Shown piece by piece: positions 42,086 through 52,479 of a DNA stretch of 64,000 bases. Every line of letters begins with the position of its first letter. Positions within the stretch are counted from its first letter, which is position 1. The notes beneath the pieces are model-generated. The model ran no database searches and was not told the DNA's origin. It saw only the letters and a list, made by a program, of their open reading frames with translations. The position numbers and the translations under genes were made by a program. The DNA is taken from NCBI GenBank assembly GCA_963833465.1, contig CAWHXW010000004.1, positions 310,366-374,365 of the forward strand, in the 5' to 3' direction. Origin of the DNA: Ignavibacteriota bacterium. Lineage in GTDB: Bacteria; Bacteroidota; Ignavibacteria; UBA10030.

Positions 42086-43387
42086 TTATTGGTTTATTGT
42101 CAAGTATTTTTTCTTGTTTAGGAAAGAGATTGCCTCGCCGACCACGAAGTGAGAGCCTGTTATGAGTATTGGTGCATTGCCGGTCTGACTAAGCGCCGAT
42201 GAAATACCATCGGCAACATTACGGAATTCTTTCACGTTAATTCCGGCTTGCCGGACTTCTTGTGCTAACTCAGCGGTATTTCGAGATCTCTCTGTTTGCG
42301 CTTTCACGGCAAAAACATTTTTTGTAATATGCCGAAACGCCGAAATAATAGCCGGATAATTTTTATCCTGCATCAGACCGAAAACAATATGAAATTTTCC
42401 GAGATGTAAATTCTTAAGCGATGCACACATAGCCCGCATTGCTTCCGGATTATGCGCAACATCAACAAGAACAAGAGGGTTTCTTCGAATAATCGATAAT
42501 CGTGCTTGAATTCCTGAAAACTGCTGGACATGCGATAATCCTTTTCGAATCGCTTTTTCGTCCACCTTAAAATTTCTTCGCCGCACCGCAATTTTAACTG
42601 CATAAATGGCAAGAAGTGCGTTCAGCCCTTGATGCTCACCTGCCAGCGAAACCCTCACATTTCTGATTCCTTTTTCCAACACATAAAAATCTGCTGAAAG
42701 CCCATCGAGCGATGATTTACGAATAAGAACTTGATTCGGATGAACTCGAATCAATTGAGATTTCTTTTTTGTGCAAATATTATTTAATACTCGAGCCGCA
42801 TCCTGCGATTTCACTCCTGTAATGCAAGGGACTCCCTTCTTTATTATTCCTCCTTTTTCAAAGGCAATCTTTTCCAGACTTTCGCCAAGAATTTGCGTGT
42901 GTTCCAATCCAATAGTCGTAATGATAGAAATTAACGGTTTAAGAATATTTGTAGCATCCAATCTGCCGCCCAGACCGGTTTCTACGATAGCGATATCCAC
43001 ATTAGATTCGGCAAAGTATTTGAACGCTATTGCAGTCACTGCTTCAAAAAACGTGCATTTGTTTTTTTTTACTTGGGAACAAATTGCTGTAGCAAGCCGC
43101 GCAACTGTTTGTGAAGAAATTGCTTCGCCATTGATTCGGATTCGTTCATTAAAATTAACGAGATGCGGTGAAGTGTAAAGTCCAGTTTTATAACCAGCCG
43201 CAGTAAAAATAGCGGCTATCATTGAAGCGGTTGAACCTTTGCCGTTTGTACCAGCAACATGGATAGAGGGAAATTGTTTTTCCGGATTATCAAGGGAAAC
43301 AAGCAATGTTCGAATTCCATGCAATCCAAATTTCATTCCGAACTTTTGGAGACCATAAAGGAATTTGATAGATTCAGCGTACGTCAA
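42086..43387 (-). CDS. folC: Folylpolyglutamate synthase / dihydrofolate synthase
   Basis: Mur-ligase P-loop HVAGTNGKGSTASM and a C-terminal domain. Confidence 0.85.
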   Translation of the reverse strand: MTYAESIKFLYGLQKFGMKFGLHGIRTLLVSLDNPEKQFPSIHVAGTNGKGSTASMIAAIFTAAGYKTGLYTSPHLVNFNERIRINGEAISSQTVARLATAICSQVKKNKCTFFEAVTAIAFKYFAESNVDIAIVETGLGGRLDATNILKPLISIITTIGLEHTQILGESLEKIAFEKGGIIKKGVPCITGVKSQDAARVLNNICTKKKSQLIRVHPNQVLIRKSSLDGLSADFYVLEKGIRNVRVSLAGEHQGLNALLAIYAVKIAVRRRNFKVDEKAIRKGLSHVQQFSGIQARLSIIRRNPLVLVDVAHNPEAMRAMCASLKNLHLGKFHIVFGLMQDKNYPAIISAFRHITKNVFAVKAQTERSRNTAELAQEVRQAGINVKEFRNVADGISSALSQTGNAPILITGSHFVVGEAISFLNKKKYLTINQ

Positions 43388-43429
43388 TGTATTATTTTGC
43401 AGAAAAAAGTAATGAGATTTCCTAAAAAA

Positions 43430-44399
43430 TCACAACCACGATTGAAGAATCGAAAACCTTACATCTGCATCGAGTGCTCCAATTAGCGAGCTAATATCTT
43501 CGATTCCATTTTCGCGGCAAAATTTTTCTAAGCCATCTACAATTTTTATGGAAATTGCCGGATCAATAAAATTCATTGTACCAATTTGCACAGCAGCCGC
43601 CCCGACGAGCAAGAATTCTATTACATCTTCTGTACCTGGCAATTCCGCCGATACCAAAAATCGGAATTTTCACTGCCTTGGCGACTTCATAAACCTTCGC
43701 AAGTGCAACAGGTTTAATAGCCGGTCCGGATAAGCCGCCTGTTACTGTAGAAAGTTTCGGTTTGCGTGTCTTTATATCCACTGCCATTCCGACAAGCGTA
43801 TTAATAACAGAAACTGCATCTGCGCCTGCTGACTCTGCAGCGCGGGCAAATTCCGAAATGTGTGTTACGTTCGGTGTCAGTTTAATGATGAGCGGTTTGT
43901 TTGTCAATTTACGAAGACGCGAAGTAATTTTCGCAGTCATTTTACAATCAGTTCCAAAACTCATTCCGCCTTCTTTTACATTCGGACACGAAACATTGAT
44001 TTCGTATCCGGAAATTCCATCTTCCTCTTCTAACAGACTAAGAACATCGCAGAATTCTTTAAGCGAACCTGCAGCAATGTTCACAATAATTCGTGTGTTG
44101 AGTGTGCGTAAGTATGGAAGTTTTTCCTCAATAAATGCATGAACACCGATGTTAGCAAGTCCGATTGAGTTAAGCATACCGCTTGCTGTTTCAACAATGC
44201 GTTGAGGCGGATTGCCGGCACGTGGTTTCCAAGAAAGCGATTTTGTAAAAATTCCACCTATCCGATTCATATCGACAAAACCACGAACCTCATCACCATA
44301 TCCAAAAGTACCGGAAGCAACAAAGACACGGTTCTTGAATTCCACACCGCTAATTGTGAATGATGTTTTTATTCCACTCGCCTTTAATGACGTTGTCAT
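43430..44399 (-). CDS. pyrD: Dihydroorotate dehydrogenase (class 1B) catalytic subunit; two ORFs (43563..44399, 43430..43657) joined by removing one base at GTACC 43632-43636
   Basis: Contains NVSCPN and KIPIFGIGGIA. The +1 frame continues EDVIEFLLVGAAAVQIGTMNF, which is the canonical PyrD C-terminus. Confidence 0.75.
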
Positions 44400-45223
44400 A
44401 AAATCACTTCCGTTGAAAGAAATGTTGGTCCATCTTTACAAACAAGCGCGTATTTTGCAGTGCTTTCTGTACGTTCTACTGCACATCCCTGACAAATGCC
44501 AAAGCCGCATGCCATTTGTTCTTCCAAAGACATTTCGCAGCAAATGTTCTTGCGTATTGCAAGTTCTGCAAGTGCTTTTAACATTACTGTCGGACCGCAA
44601 GCAAATATTTTTAATTTACCAAAATCGTTTTGATCAAGGTATGATTCAAGAAGTTGGACAACATTTCCATGAAATCCTACACTTCCGTCATCCGTTGATA
44701 TATGGACATTTTGCAGATGATTATTAAAAACCTGCCCCATATTTCTATATCCTATAAATGTCTCAATATGCTTGCATCGTTTTAATATATGATCTGTTAG
44801 TAAAGGAAATGGAGCAGCACCAATTCCGCCGGCAACAAGAAGCGCATTGTCATAATCAGCATTTACGTGAAATGGCTGGCCAAGCGGACCAATAACATCT
44901 ATCAAATCTCCATACTGCCTGCGAGAAAGTAGATTTGTTCCAATTCCGACAACGTGAAAAATCAATTCGACGATGTTTTCCTCGATGCGGGAAATGCTAA
45001 ACGGCCTTCGCAGAAGGGGCCCTACACCATTTTCAGTTGTGATTACATTGACAAATTGTCCAGGTTGTGCTGAAGCAGCAATTTCTGGCGAAATGAACCG
45101 TAGCAGAAAAGTCTTTTTAGCAACTTCATGACAAGACTGTACTTGACATAATTGTTGGATATTACAACTCATCGAAGTTTTTCCTTGTCCATTCTCTATT
45201 TTGTCCCACGAAGGATCCGGCAT
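44396..45223 (-). CDS. pyrK: Dihydroorotate dehydrogenase electron-transfer subunit
   Basis: FAD/NAD-binding fold (RPFSIS, LLVAGGIGAAPF) plus a C-terminal 2Fe-2S Cys cluster (CGFGICQGC). Confidence 0.8.
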   Translation of the reverse strand: MPDPSWDKIENGQGKTSMSCNIQQLCQVQSCHEVAKKTFLLRFISPEIAASAQPGQFVNVITTENGVGPLLRRPFSISRIEENIVELIFHVVGIGTNLLSRRQYGDLIDVIGPLGQPFHVNADYDNALLVAGGIGAAPFPLLTDHILKRCKHIETFIGYRNMGQVFNNHLQNVHISTDDGSVGFHGNVVQLLESYLDQNDFGKLKIFACGPTVMLKALAELAIRKNICCEMSLEEQMACGFGICQGCAVERTESTAKYALVCKDGPTFLSTEVIL

Positions 45224-47551
45224 TTATTTTATCGTATCGTTCTTCGATCCGTTTAAATTTCTTTGAAGACTGTCCGGATTAGACCACCTTTGGATTGGCG
45301 GATTATTTTTCGCTTTTGTTGTGTCTTTCTCCAATCCTTTTAAATTTTTTTGAATGCTGTCTGGACCAAGCGGCTTTTGGATTTGCAGATTATTTTTTGT
45401 TTTCGCTGTATCTTTTTCATATCCCTTTAAATTTTTTAGAACATTTTCTGGACTTAACGACTTTTGGATTTGTAGATTGTTTTTAATCTTTGATGTATCC
45501 GCCTTTGCTATGTTGATCTTTATCGTATCAATTTTTGCCGTATCAGATTGTGGGACTTCTGTATATCGTTTCGATGCAGCAAGCGCATACATTGTGCCTT
45601 CATAATTTTTTTTAACCCGCTTGTATTGCACTATAGCGCTATCCGTTTGGTTAAGACAATTTTCCATGATCCATCCGATTGCGTATTCACTTTTAGCCGC
45701 AAAGATTGATTTGGGAAATGACCAAACAATAGATCGGAGCGTTCCAATTGCTTTTTCGTATTGTTTGGAATCAATTTGTTTTTCGGATTGTAAATAGTAT
45801 TCAAACGCAGTGTCTGTTTTCGCAGCAGGGTTTGTTTTTCTAAGGAATCTCCGTGCCTCCTCTGCATAAATCGATTCTGGAAAATCATGATCAAGTCGCA
45901 AATGGTATTCTTCCGGAACTGGAAATTTTTTTTCTGGATTAGTTCTAGAAAGTTCTGCTAGTATATAAAGAACTCGCGGGCTATATTTGTGATCATAACT
46001 CCAAGAGAGAGATTTATTGTACCAAAAGAACGCCGAATCCGGTACTATAATTTCCGAATAAAAAATATCACCTAATTCCTGAGCAGCAATAGACTTGAGT
46101 ACACGAAGTGAATCCGCACTCGGTAGCACCGGCTTAACTGCAGCCTGCAGAGGATTTCGCTGTGCAGTTTCAGAAACGAAGTTTTTGGTTTTAAGAGAAT
46201 CAACATCGGAAATTGCAGATGACGATTTAAACTGCCCTCTAATAGATTTTCGCACGTGCATAGAGTCAGCAGTCGAAAGCATTGGCTTGAAAGCAGCTTG
46301 CGAAGGATTTCGCTTAGTAGTATCAGAAACGAAATTCCTGGCTTTAATGGAATCTATATTGGAAACAATAGTTAGCGACTTATCATGTGCAGCTTTTTGA
46401 CGTGCTAAAGAATCGGTGAATAGAATATTAAGCGTGTCATGAGTCATTTTATGCGTTGTATCGCTGAGAACCAACAACAGACTATCAGCCGTATTTAGTC
46501 GATGCCGTGCATCAAAATAGCGAGTGAGAGCAGCAAATTTTCGGCGTCCTTCCGGAACAACGCTTGATCCTGATGCAGCATTCACTTCCGTATAATATTT
46601 CAGCGCCTTAGTGTAAAGACCAAGCTCCTTTTCGAAGATCAATCCGAGTTTATACGCAGAGCGCACAGCATATTCGGAGTGAGCATACGAAGTGTCAACA
46701 CGAATATAGTCGATAATTGCATCGTCTAGTTTTCCGCTTGCAGCATAATTGTTAGCGCGTTCAAAAAATATCGCCGGCAAATATTCTTTGTTGCGAAAAT
46801 CGTCAATCATTGCATTAATCAATGTTAGTTCTTTTCTCTGTTCTCCAATTATACGATAAGCTATCGATGCTTGCAATTTGCTGTAATAGTTTGAATAAAT
46901 ATCGGAAGTGTAATACTCAGTTCGGAGATATACGTCTGCCGCCTTTTTATACTGACCATCCGCAAAATAAATATCTCCAAGACATATTTGTGCTTCACTT
47001 TTGGCAGCATCATCGCTTGAGATAGATATTACTTTTTCGTATTCAGCAATTGATGTATCCGTTTGATTCATTCTTCGGTATGCCTTGCCAAGTAATTGGT
47101 GCGCTTGAGTTTCTATTTCATTATTATGTTTTGTTTGAGCTGTTAAAACTACAGCATTCCCCAAACGGACGCAGTCATCAATTTTCCCTAATTTCTCTTC
47201 TGTGCGTGCGTACCAAAGCTCTGCCTCCAACGCCAGCGAACTATTTGGAAATTGCGCTAATAATTCAGCAAATTTTCGTTCTGCTTTAAGATATTCTGTC
47301 TGATAAAAGAAGGATTTTCCGATAAGCAGAAGTGCATTATCCACTAAATTGCTTGAAGAATGAAATGCAAGAATATTGGAACACTTATCAATGACCTGTC
47401 CGAACTTTTGTTTTGTCGCATCAGGAATCTGGTTAGATTGCCCGGGAGTAATTTCTTTTCCTCTTGTTAAAATCGCTACCGTTTTAATTTCATCTTCCGC
47501 ATCATAAAAAAGCCTTCTTGCATTATAGTACCCATTAAAGTACGTAATCAT
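45224..47551 (-). CDS. Large TPR-repeat protein with internal tandem sequence repeats
   Basis: 775 aa of TPR-like helical repeats. Near-tandem repeats at the nucleotide level at 46100-46400 (2 x ~135 bp) and 45240-45530 (3 x ~63 bp; KNNLQIQKxLxPxxxxKNLKGxEKDT). Confidence 0.6.
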   Translation of the reverse strand: MITYFNGYYNARRLFYDAEDEIKTVAILTRGKEITPGQSNQIPDATKQKFGQVIDKCSNILAFHSSSNLVDNALLLIGKSFFYQTEYLKAERKFAELLAQFPNSSLALEAELWYARTEEKLGKIDDCVRLGNAVVLTAQTKHNNEIETQAHQLLGKAYRRMNQTDTSIAEYEKVISISSDDAAKSEAQICLGDIYFADGQYKKAADVYLRTEYYTSDIYSNYYSKLQASIAYRIIGEQRKELTLINAMIDDFRNKEYLPAIFFERANNYAASGKLDDAIIDYIRVDTSYAHSEYAVRSAYKLGLIFEKELGLYTKALKYYTEVNAASGSSVVPEGRRKFAALTRYFDARHRLNTADSLLLVLSDTTHKMTHDTLNILFTDSLARQKAAHDKSLTIVSNIDSIKARNFVSDTTKRNPSQAAFKPMLSTADSMHVRKSIRGQFKSSSAISDVDSLKTKNFVSETAQRNPLQAAVKPVLPSADSLRVLKSIAAQELGDIFYSEIIVPDSAFFWYNKSLSWSYDHKYSPRVLYILAELSRTNPEKKFPVPEEYHLRLDHDFPESIYAEEARRFLRKTNPAAKTDTAFEYYLQSEKQIDSKQYEKAIGTLRSIVWSFPKSIFAAKSEYAIGWIMENCLNQTDSAIVQYKRVKKNYEGTMYALAASKRYTEVPQSDTAKIDTIKINIAKADTSKIKNNLQIQKSLSPENVLKNLKGYEKDTAKTKNNLQIQKPLGPDSIQKNLKGLEKDTTKAKNNPPIQRWSNPDSLQRNLNGSKNDTIK

Positions 47552-47676
47552 GTTTCGTACTCCTGCGATACTGAATTACCCACAGATGAGAAAACAGAAC
47601 AGCCGGTGAAGAAGAACGCGATGAAAAGGAAACAGCCGGCAAGGCATAGTCGGACAAAGTGGATGTATTTCTTCAT
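47548..47676 (-). CDS. Small putative lipoprotein (42 aa), translationally coupled (ATGA overlap) to the TPR gene
   Basis: MKKYIHFVRLCLAGCFLFIAFFFTGCSV…. Below the ORF-track cutoff. Weak evidence. Confidence 0.25.
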   Translation of the reverse strand: MKKYIHFVRLCLAGCFLFIAFFFTGCSVFSSVGNSVSQEYET

Positions 47677-47834
47677 TGCTACCAATATATTAAATGGTGA
47701 TCTGTGTATCAAGATGCAGAGCGACTTGTATTACGAAATTAAGTAAAAGTTACTTATTATACGATATTAAAATCATTTAACAATTTTACTTATGTCGATC
47801 TGCAAAGTAGCAAGAAGAAATAATTTTCCCTCTG

Positions 47835-48413
47835 TTAATTTAATGTTTTACTGCTTATGAGTGTGAGAAATTCACTGCGTGTTTTTACATCGTTGCGGAA
47901 TGCGCCGAGCATTGCGCTTGTAGTCGCAATGGAGTTGAGCTTCTCAACGCCGCGCATTATCATACATAAATGCTGTGCTTCCATCACTACAGCCACACCT
48001 AACGGTTTTAAATATTGATACAACGTATCGGCAATCTGCTGAGTTAAACGCTCTTGAACTTGCAGACGTCTTGCAAAAACTTCTACAATTCGTGGCATCT
48101 TACTTAAACCTACAATGCTGCCATTCGGAATGTATGCGATATGGCATTTACCAAAGAATGGGATTAAGTGATGCTCGCACATTGAGAAAAAATCGATGTC
48201 TTTTACAATTACCATCTCACTATATTTTTCCTCAAAAATAGCGCCATTCATCACCTCGCCAATTTCTTGCTTATAACCTTTCGTCAGAAATTCGTACATC
48301 TTCGCTACTCGAACCGGAGTTCTAGACAGTCCTTCACGTTTCGGATCCTCGCCGAGTTCGGCAAGAAAATCTTTGATGAGTGTTTCTTTGCGACCGCTGT
48401 ATTCAGTCGTCAT
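47835..48413 (-). CDS. folE: GTP cyclohydrolase I
   Basis: Contains [19 protein letters not shown] and the QVQERLT motif. Confidence 0.9.
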   Translation of the reverse strand: MTTEYSGRKETLIKDFLAELGEDPKREGLSRTPVRVAKMYEFLTKGYKQEIGEVMNGAIFEEKYSEMVIVKDIDFFSMCEHHLIPFFGKCHIAYIPNGSIVGLSKMPRIVEVFARRLQVQERLTQQIADTLYQYLKPLGVAVVMEAQHLCMIMRGVEKLNSIATTSAMLGAFRNDVKTRSEFLTLISSKTLN

Positions 48414-48826
48414 TCTTCACCTCGATATTCTACAATATTATTTTCCGTTTCATGCAAACGGATAGAATAAAGCTTCGCCTCGCTGCTCTTCAGTTCCAAC
48501 ACATGCCAAAATGCGCGTACGATATTCTCCGCAGTCGGTATTATATTCTTTAAAAAATCTACGTCGTAATTTAAATGTTTGTGATCGACCTTTTCAATAA
48601 TCTCTGTTTTTATAAGGTGTTTGAGTTTTTTGAAATCAATTGTAAATCCGCTCTCTCCTTTCACATCTCCGGTAACAGTCACTTCAAGAATGAAGTTATG
48701 TCCATGACCATTCGGATTTGCGCACTTGTCGTACAATTTAAAATTCTGATCATCAGATAATTCCGGATTCCAAAGGCGATGTGATGCACTAAAGATTTCT
48801 CTTCGAGTAAGGTACATCTTTGCCAT
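48410..48826 (-). CDS. queD: 6-pyruvoyl-tetrahydropterin synthase / 6-carboxytetrahydropterin synthase
   Basis: Zn-binding His ([11 protein letters not shown]) and a PTPS fold. Overlaps the folE start by 4 nt. Confidence 0.8.
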   Translation of the reverse strand: MAKMYLTRREIFSASHRLWNPELSDDQNFKLYDKCANPNGHGHNFILEVTVTGDVKGESGFTIDFKKLKHLIKTEIIEKVDHKHLNYDVDFLKNIIPTAENIVRAFWHVLELKSSEAKLYSIRLHETENNIVEYRGEE

Positions 48827-48842
48827 AGATTATCGCACTTTT

Positions 48843-49295
48843 CTAAAGTATTGCAAGCACTTCATCGATGTGACCATCAACTTTCACCTTATTGAATATC
48901 TGCCTTATAATTCCTTTTTCATCAATTACTACGGTTGTGCGCTCAATTCCAAAATATTTTTTTCCGTACATAGATTTTTCTTTCCACACGCCGTATAATT
49001 TGATTGCTTCTTTTTTCTCATCGCTGAGCAATGGAAAGTTTAATCCGTATTTCTTTGCAAATTTTATATGCGAATTAACGCTATCCGCGCTCACACCTAT
49101 GATTACTGCTCTTTTCTTCTTGATTGCTTTAAGGTTGCTTTCGAATGAACATGCTTCCTTTGTGCAGCCGGAAGTATTATCTTTTGGATAGAAGTAAAGA
49201 ACAATCTTTCTACCTGCAAAATCTTTCAGGTTAAGAAACTTTCCTTCGCCGGACATAAGTTTGAAATCAGGCACCTTTTGACCAATCTTGAGCAT
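48843..49295 (-). CDS. bcp: Thiol peroxidase Bcp (peroxiredoxin)
   Basis: Contains VLYFYPKDNTSGCTKEAC. Confidence 0.85.
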   Translation of the reverse strand: MLKIGQKVPDFKLMSGEGKFLNLKDFAGRKIVLYFYPKDNTSGCTKEACSFESNLKAIKKKRAVIIGVSADSVNSHIKFAKKYGLNFPLLSDEKKEAIKLYGVWKEKSMYGKKYFGIERTTVVIDEKGIIRQIFNKVKVDGHIDEVLAIL

Positions 49296-49355
49296 AACTT
49301 CTCCTAAAGTAAATATAGAATAGCAATAATCTAATTGAAATTCAAAAAAGATTTT

Positions 49356-49838
49356 TCACTTTAGAGCTTGAGTGATTGCATCATAATCAGGTTCCACACC
49401 GGGATTTTCTGAAATCCAAGCATATTTCACGTTGCCGTGAGAATCAACAATAAATATTGCACGTTTCGATGCACTATATCCTTGAAGCCCGGCAAAATCT
49501 TCGTGAATGCCGCAGTACAGTTTGCAAACTTCGCGAGTGTAATCGCTTAATAATGGAAATTGCAGATTGTTTTGGACTGCGAATGCTTTATTTACAAAAG
49601 GCGAATCAACGCTGATGCCAATTACATGCAAATTAAGATTATTAAGTTTGAACATCGTATCACGTAACGTACAAAATTCCTTTGTGCAGACTCCTGTAAA
49701 TGCACCGGGATAAAATGCAAGCACAACATCCTTGCCGATAAATTCAGAGAGTGAGCGCGGTTTTTTATCTGTATCAAATAGTGTAAATTCCGGCGCTTTG
49801 TTTCCAACTGTGATTGTCATTTTTATATTCTCCATCAT
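49356..49838 (-). CDS. Redoxin/AhpC-TSA family peroxiredoxin
   Basis: Contains VVLAFYPGAFTGVCTKEFC. Confidence 0.75.
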   Translation of the reverse strand: MMENIKMTITVGNKAPEFTLFDTDKKPRSLSEFIGKDVVLAFYPGAFTGVCTKEFCTLRDTMFKLNNLNLHVIGISVDSPFVNKAFAVQNNLQFPLLSDYTREVCKLYCGIHEDFAGLQGYSASKRAIFIVDSHGNVKYAWISENPGVEPDYDAITQALK

Positions 49839-49949
49839 TCGTTGTCATTGAGTTCAGATATAAGAACATCAGATTGAATCAGAAGGTTTCATCATCGTAT
49901 TTGAATACTCTGACCTTTTTTGTATATTTAAACTTAAGATACCAAACTT

Positions 49950-50036
49950 GGAGAGGTGCGAGAGTGGTTGAATCGACCGGTCTCGAAAACCGGAATAGCC
50001 GTAAGGCTATCGAGGGTTCGAATCCCTCCCTCTCCG
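49950..50036 (+). tRNA. tRNA-Ser (anticodon CGA)
   Basis: Sequence GGAGAGGTGCGAGAGTGGTTGAATCG…, anticodon loop CTCGAAA, long variable arm, T-arm GAGGGTTCGAATCCCTC. Confidence 0.85.
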
Positions 50037-50091
50037 CTTTTCCATGCATTTATTTGGAAATGATATAATAGATTAGGATATTTAATTAACT

Positions 50092-50178
50092 GGAGAGATG
50101 CAAGAGCGGTTGAATTGGCTACCCTGGAAAGGTAGTGTATCCGTAAGGGTACCGTGGGTTCGAATCCCACTCTCTCCG
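50092..50178 (+). tRNA. tRNA-Ser (anticodon GGA)
   Basis: Sequence GGAGAGATGCAAGAGCGGTTGAATTGG…, anticodon loop CTGGAAA, long variable arm containing GGGTACC, T-arm GTGGGTTCGAATCCCAC. Confidence 0.85.
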
Positions 50179-50207
50179 CAATACTTCTTGATACGAATAA
50201 AATAATA

Positions 50208-50381
50208 TGAAACATAAAAAACTAATTGGATTATTGCTTCTTTTTATCGGATTGATGGTAATTTTAGGAATGCTCTTTGCAAACGGCAATCATATTTACT
50301 GGTTTATAGTTGACGTAGCTAATGTTGTAATCTGTTGCGGCAGCGGTATATATTTCTTTTTTTGGAAAAAACAAGTCTAAC
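50208..50381 (+). CDS. Small hypothetical membrane protein (57 aa)
   Basis: ORF MKHKKLIGLLLLFIGLMVILGMLFANGNHIYWFIVDVANVVICCGSGIYFFFWKKQV, two predicted TM helices. Weak evidence. Confidence 0.25.
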
Positions 50382-50400
50382 GAACATAAATTCCGAATGG

Positions 50401-51702
50401 ATGAATATTAAATTGCTCCACCGTTTATTTATACTTTTAATTTTCATTTCTATATTTCCAATTGCTATCTTTTCACAGCAAGTTATTTTGTTGAAAATCG
50501 ATGGTGCAATCAATCCTGCATCAGCATCATTTATTGAGCATGGAATTGAAAATGCTACGGAAAAAAACGCCGAATGCCTTATTATCCAATTGAATACACC
50601 TGGTGGATTGCTGCAATCAACTAGAAATATTGTAAGTTCAATACTTGAATCTAAAATTCCAATAATAGTTTATGTCGCTCCAGGCGGCGCACACGCTGGT
50701 TCAGCAGGTGTTTTCATCACGATGGCAGCACATATTGCTGCAATGGCACCGGGAACAAATATTGGGGCTGCTCATCCTGTAGATATGCAGGAAAAAATGG
50801 ATACGGTAATGAGTGAAAAAGTTACGAATGATGCAGCTGCTTTTATCCGCACGATTGCTGAAAAAAGGAAGCGCAACCTGACATGGGCTGAAGAAGCCGT
50901 CCGCAAAAGCCAAGCAATTACTGAAACTGAAGCAGTCTCAAAAAACGTCATAGACTTAATAGCAAAGAACATCGATGACTTACTTGCTCAAATTGACGGA
51001 AAACAAATTGAAACTGTAAATGGTTTGGTAACTCTGCACACAAAAGGCGCTCGCATCGAACAGATTGAAATGGGATGGGCAGAGAAAATGCTTGATACTC
51101 TCAGTGATCCAAACATCGCGTACATTTTATTTTTACTTGGTACTTATGGATTGATGTTCGAATTGTACAATCCGGGTTCTATTTTCCCAGGTATTGTCGG
51201 TGTTATTAGTTTAGTACTTGCGTTTTATACTATGCATACATTGCCAATCAACTATGCCGGGTTAGCGCTTATAATTTTCGGCATCGTACTCTTGCTTTTA
51301 GAAATAAAAATTGTAAGCCACGGTATGCTTGCAATAGGCGGTGCCGTTTCACTTTTCTTAGGGTCTATTATGCTCATTCGAACATCCAGCGTCCTTGAGT
51401 TTGTAGAAATCTCGTGGATTGTCATTATTGTTAGTGTTCTTGTTACAACATTCTTTTTTGTTTTCCTGCTTGGTTTAGGATTGAAAGTACAGCGGAAAAA
51501 ACCGACGACCGGAATAGAAGGATTAATTGGTGAAATCGGTGAAGCGTTTTCTCCGCTGAACCCGGAAGGAACTATCCGGGTGCACGGCGAATTCTGGCAA
51601 GCAGAATCCATAAGTGGAAAGATTTCAAAAGGCGAACACGTTCGTGTTGAAGAAATTCAAAACCTGAAACTCAGAGTTAAACAAGTCAAGTCATCAACAT
51701 AA
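50401..51702 (+). CDS. nfeD: NfeD-family membrane-bound ClpP-class serine protease
   Basis: Signal/TM, ClpP-like domain (IIVYVAPGGAHAGSAGVFI), multi-TM region, and a C-terminal OB-fold. Start at the internal ATG 50401. Confidence 0.8.
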   Translation: MNIKLLHRLFILLIFISIFPIAIFSQQVILLKIDGAINPASASFIEHGIENATEKNAECLIIQLNTPGGLLQSTRNIVSSILESKIPIIVYVAPGGAHAGSAGVFITMAAHIAAMAPGTNIGAAHPVDMQEKMDTVMSEKVTNDAAAFIRTIAEKRKRNLTWAEEAVRKSQAITETEAVSKNVIDLIAKNIDDLLAQIDGKQIETVNGLVTLHTKGARIEQIEMGWAEKMLDTLSDPNIAYILFLLGTYGLMFELYNPGSIFPGIVGVISLVLAFYTMHTLPINYAGLALIIFGIVLLLLEIKIVSHGMLAIGGAVSLFLGSIMLIRTSSVLEFVEISWIVIIVSVLVTTFFFVFLLGLGLKVQRKKPTTGIEGLIGEIGEAFSPLNPEGTIRVHGEFWQAESISGKISKGEHVRVEEIQNLKLRVKQVKSST

Positions 51703-51711
51703 GGAGCATTT

Positions 51712-52476
51712 ATGGAACAGACTGGTGTTTTATTATTTGTTCTAATTTTTTTTGCAGTAATTGTCATTGCAAATTCAGTTAAGATCCTTCGCGAGTACGA
51801 GCGTGGCGTCGTCTTCCGGCTTGGACGAATGGTCGGCGTACGCGGACCCGGCATTATCTGGCTATGGCCATTCATCGAAAGAATGGTAAAGGTAAGTTTG
51901 CGAACAGTGGTTATGGATGTTCCACCTCAGGATATTATAACTCAGGATAACGTTTCTTTGAAGGTGAATGCTGTGGTTTATTTCCGCGTAATACAACCTG
52001 AAAAGGCAATTGTCGAAGTTGAAAACTATTTATTCGCAACCTCACAGCTTTCGCAAACTACTTTGCGAAGTGTGTTAGGGCAATCAGAATTAGATGATCT
52101 TCTTTCACAACGCGATAAGATCAATCAAAAACTCCAGCAAATTATTGATAGTCATACAGAACCATGGGGTGTAAAAGTTTCCAATGTAGAAGTAAAACAG
52201 ATTGACTTACCGCAAGAAATGCAGCGTGCGATGGCTAAACAAGCAGAAGCAGAACGTGAACGCCGCTCAAAAGTTATCGCAGCAGAAGGAGAATTCCAAG
52301 CGTCACAGCGTTTATCCGATGCGGCTAAAGTTCTAAGCGAACAGCCCAGCGCTCTTACATTGCGTTATCTCCAAACGCTTCGTGAAATTGCCACGGAAAA
52401 TAATTCCACAACTATTTTCCCCGTTCCTATAGATTTATTAAAGCCGTTTTTAGAAGTAGCAAAGCTTAAGAAATAA
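51712..52476 (+). CDS. SPFH/band-7 (stomatin-like) protein
   Basis: N-terminal TM, then [15 protein letters not shown]… and a C-terminal coiled coil ([11 protein letters not shown]). It is the classic partner of nfeD. Confidence 0.85.
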   Translation: MEQTGVLLFVLIFFAVIVIANSVKILREYERGVVFRLGRMVGVRGPGIIWLWPFIERMVKVSLRTVVMDVPPQDIITQDNVSLKVNAVVYFRVIQPEKAIVEVENYLFATSQLSQTTLRSVLGQSELDDLLSQRDKINQKLQQIIDSHTEPWGVKVSNVEVKQIDLPQEMQRAMAKQAEAERERRSKVIAAEGEFQASQRLSDAAKVLSEQPSALTLRYLQTLREIATENNSTTIFPVPIDLLKPFLEVAKLKK

Positions 52477-52479
52477 TGA

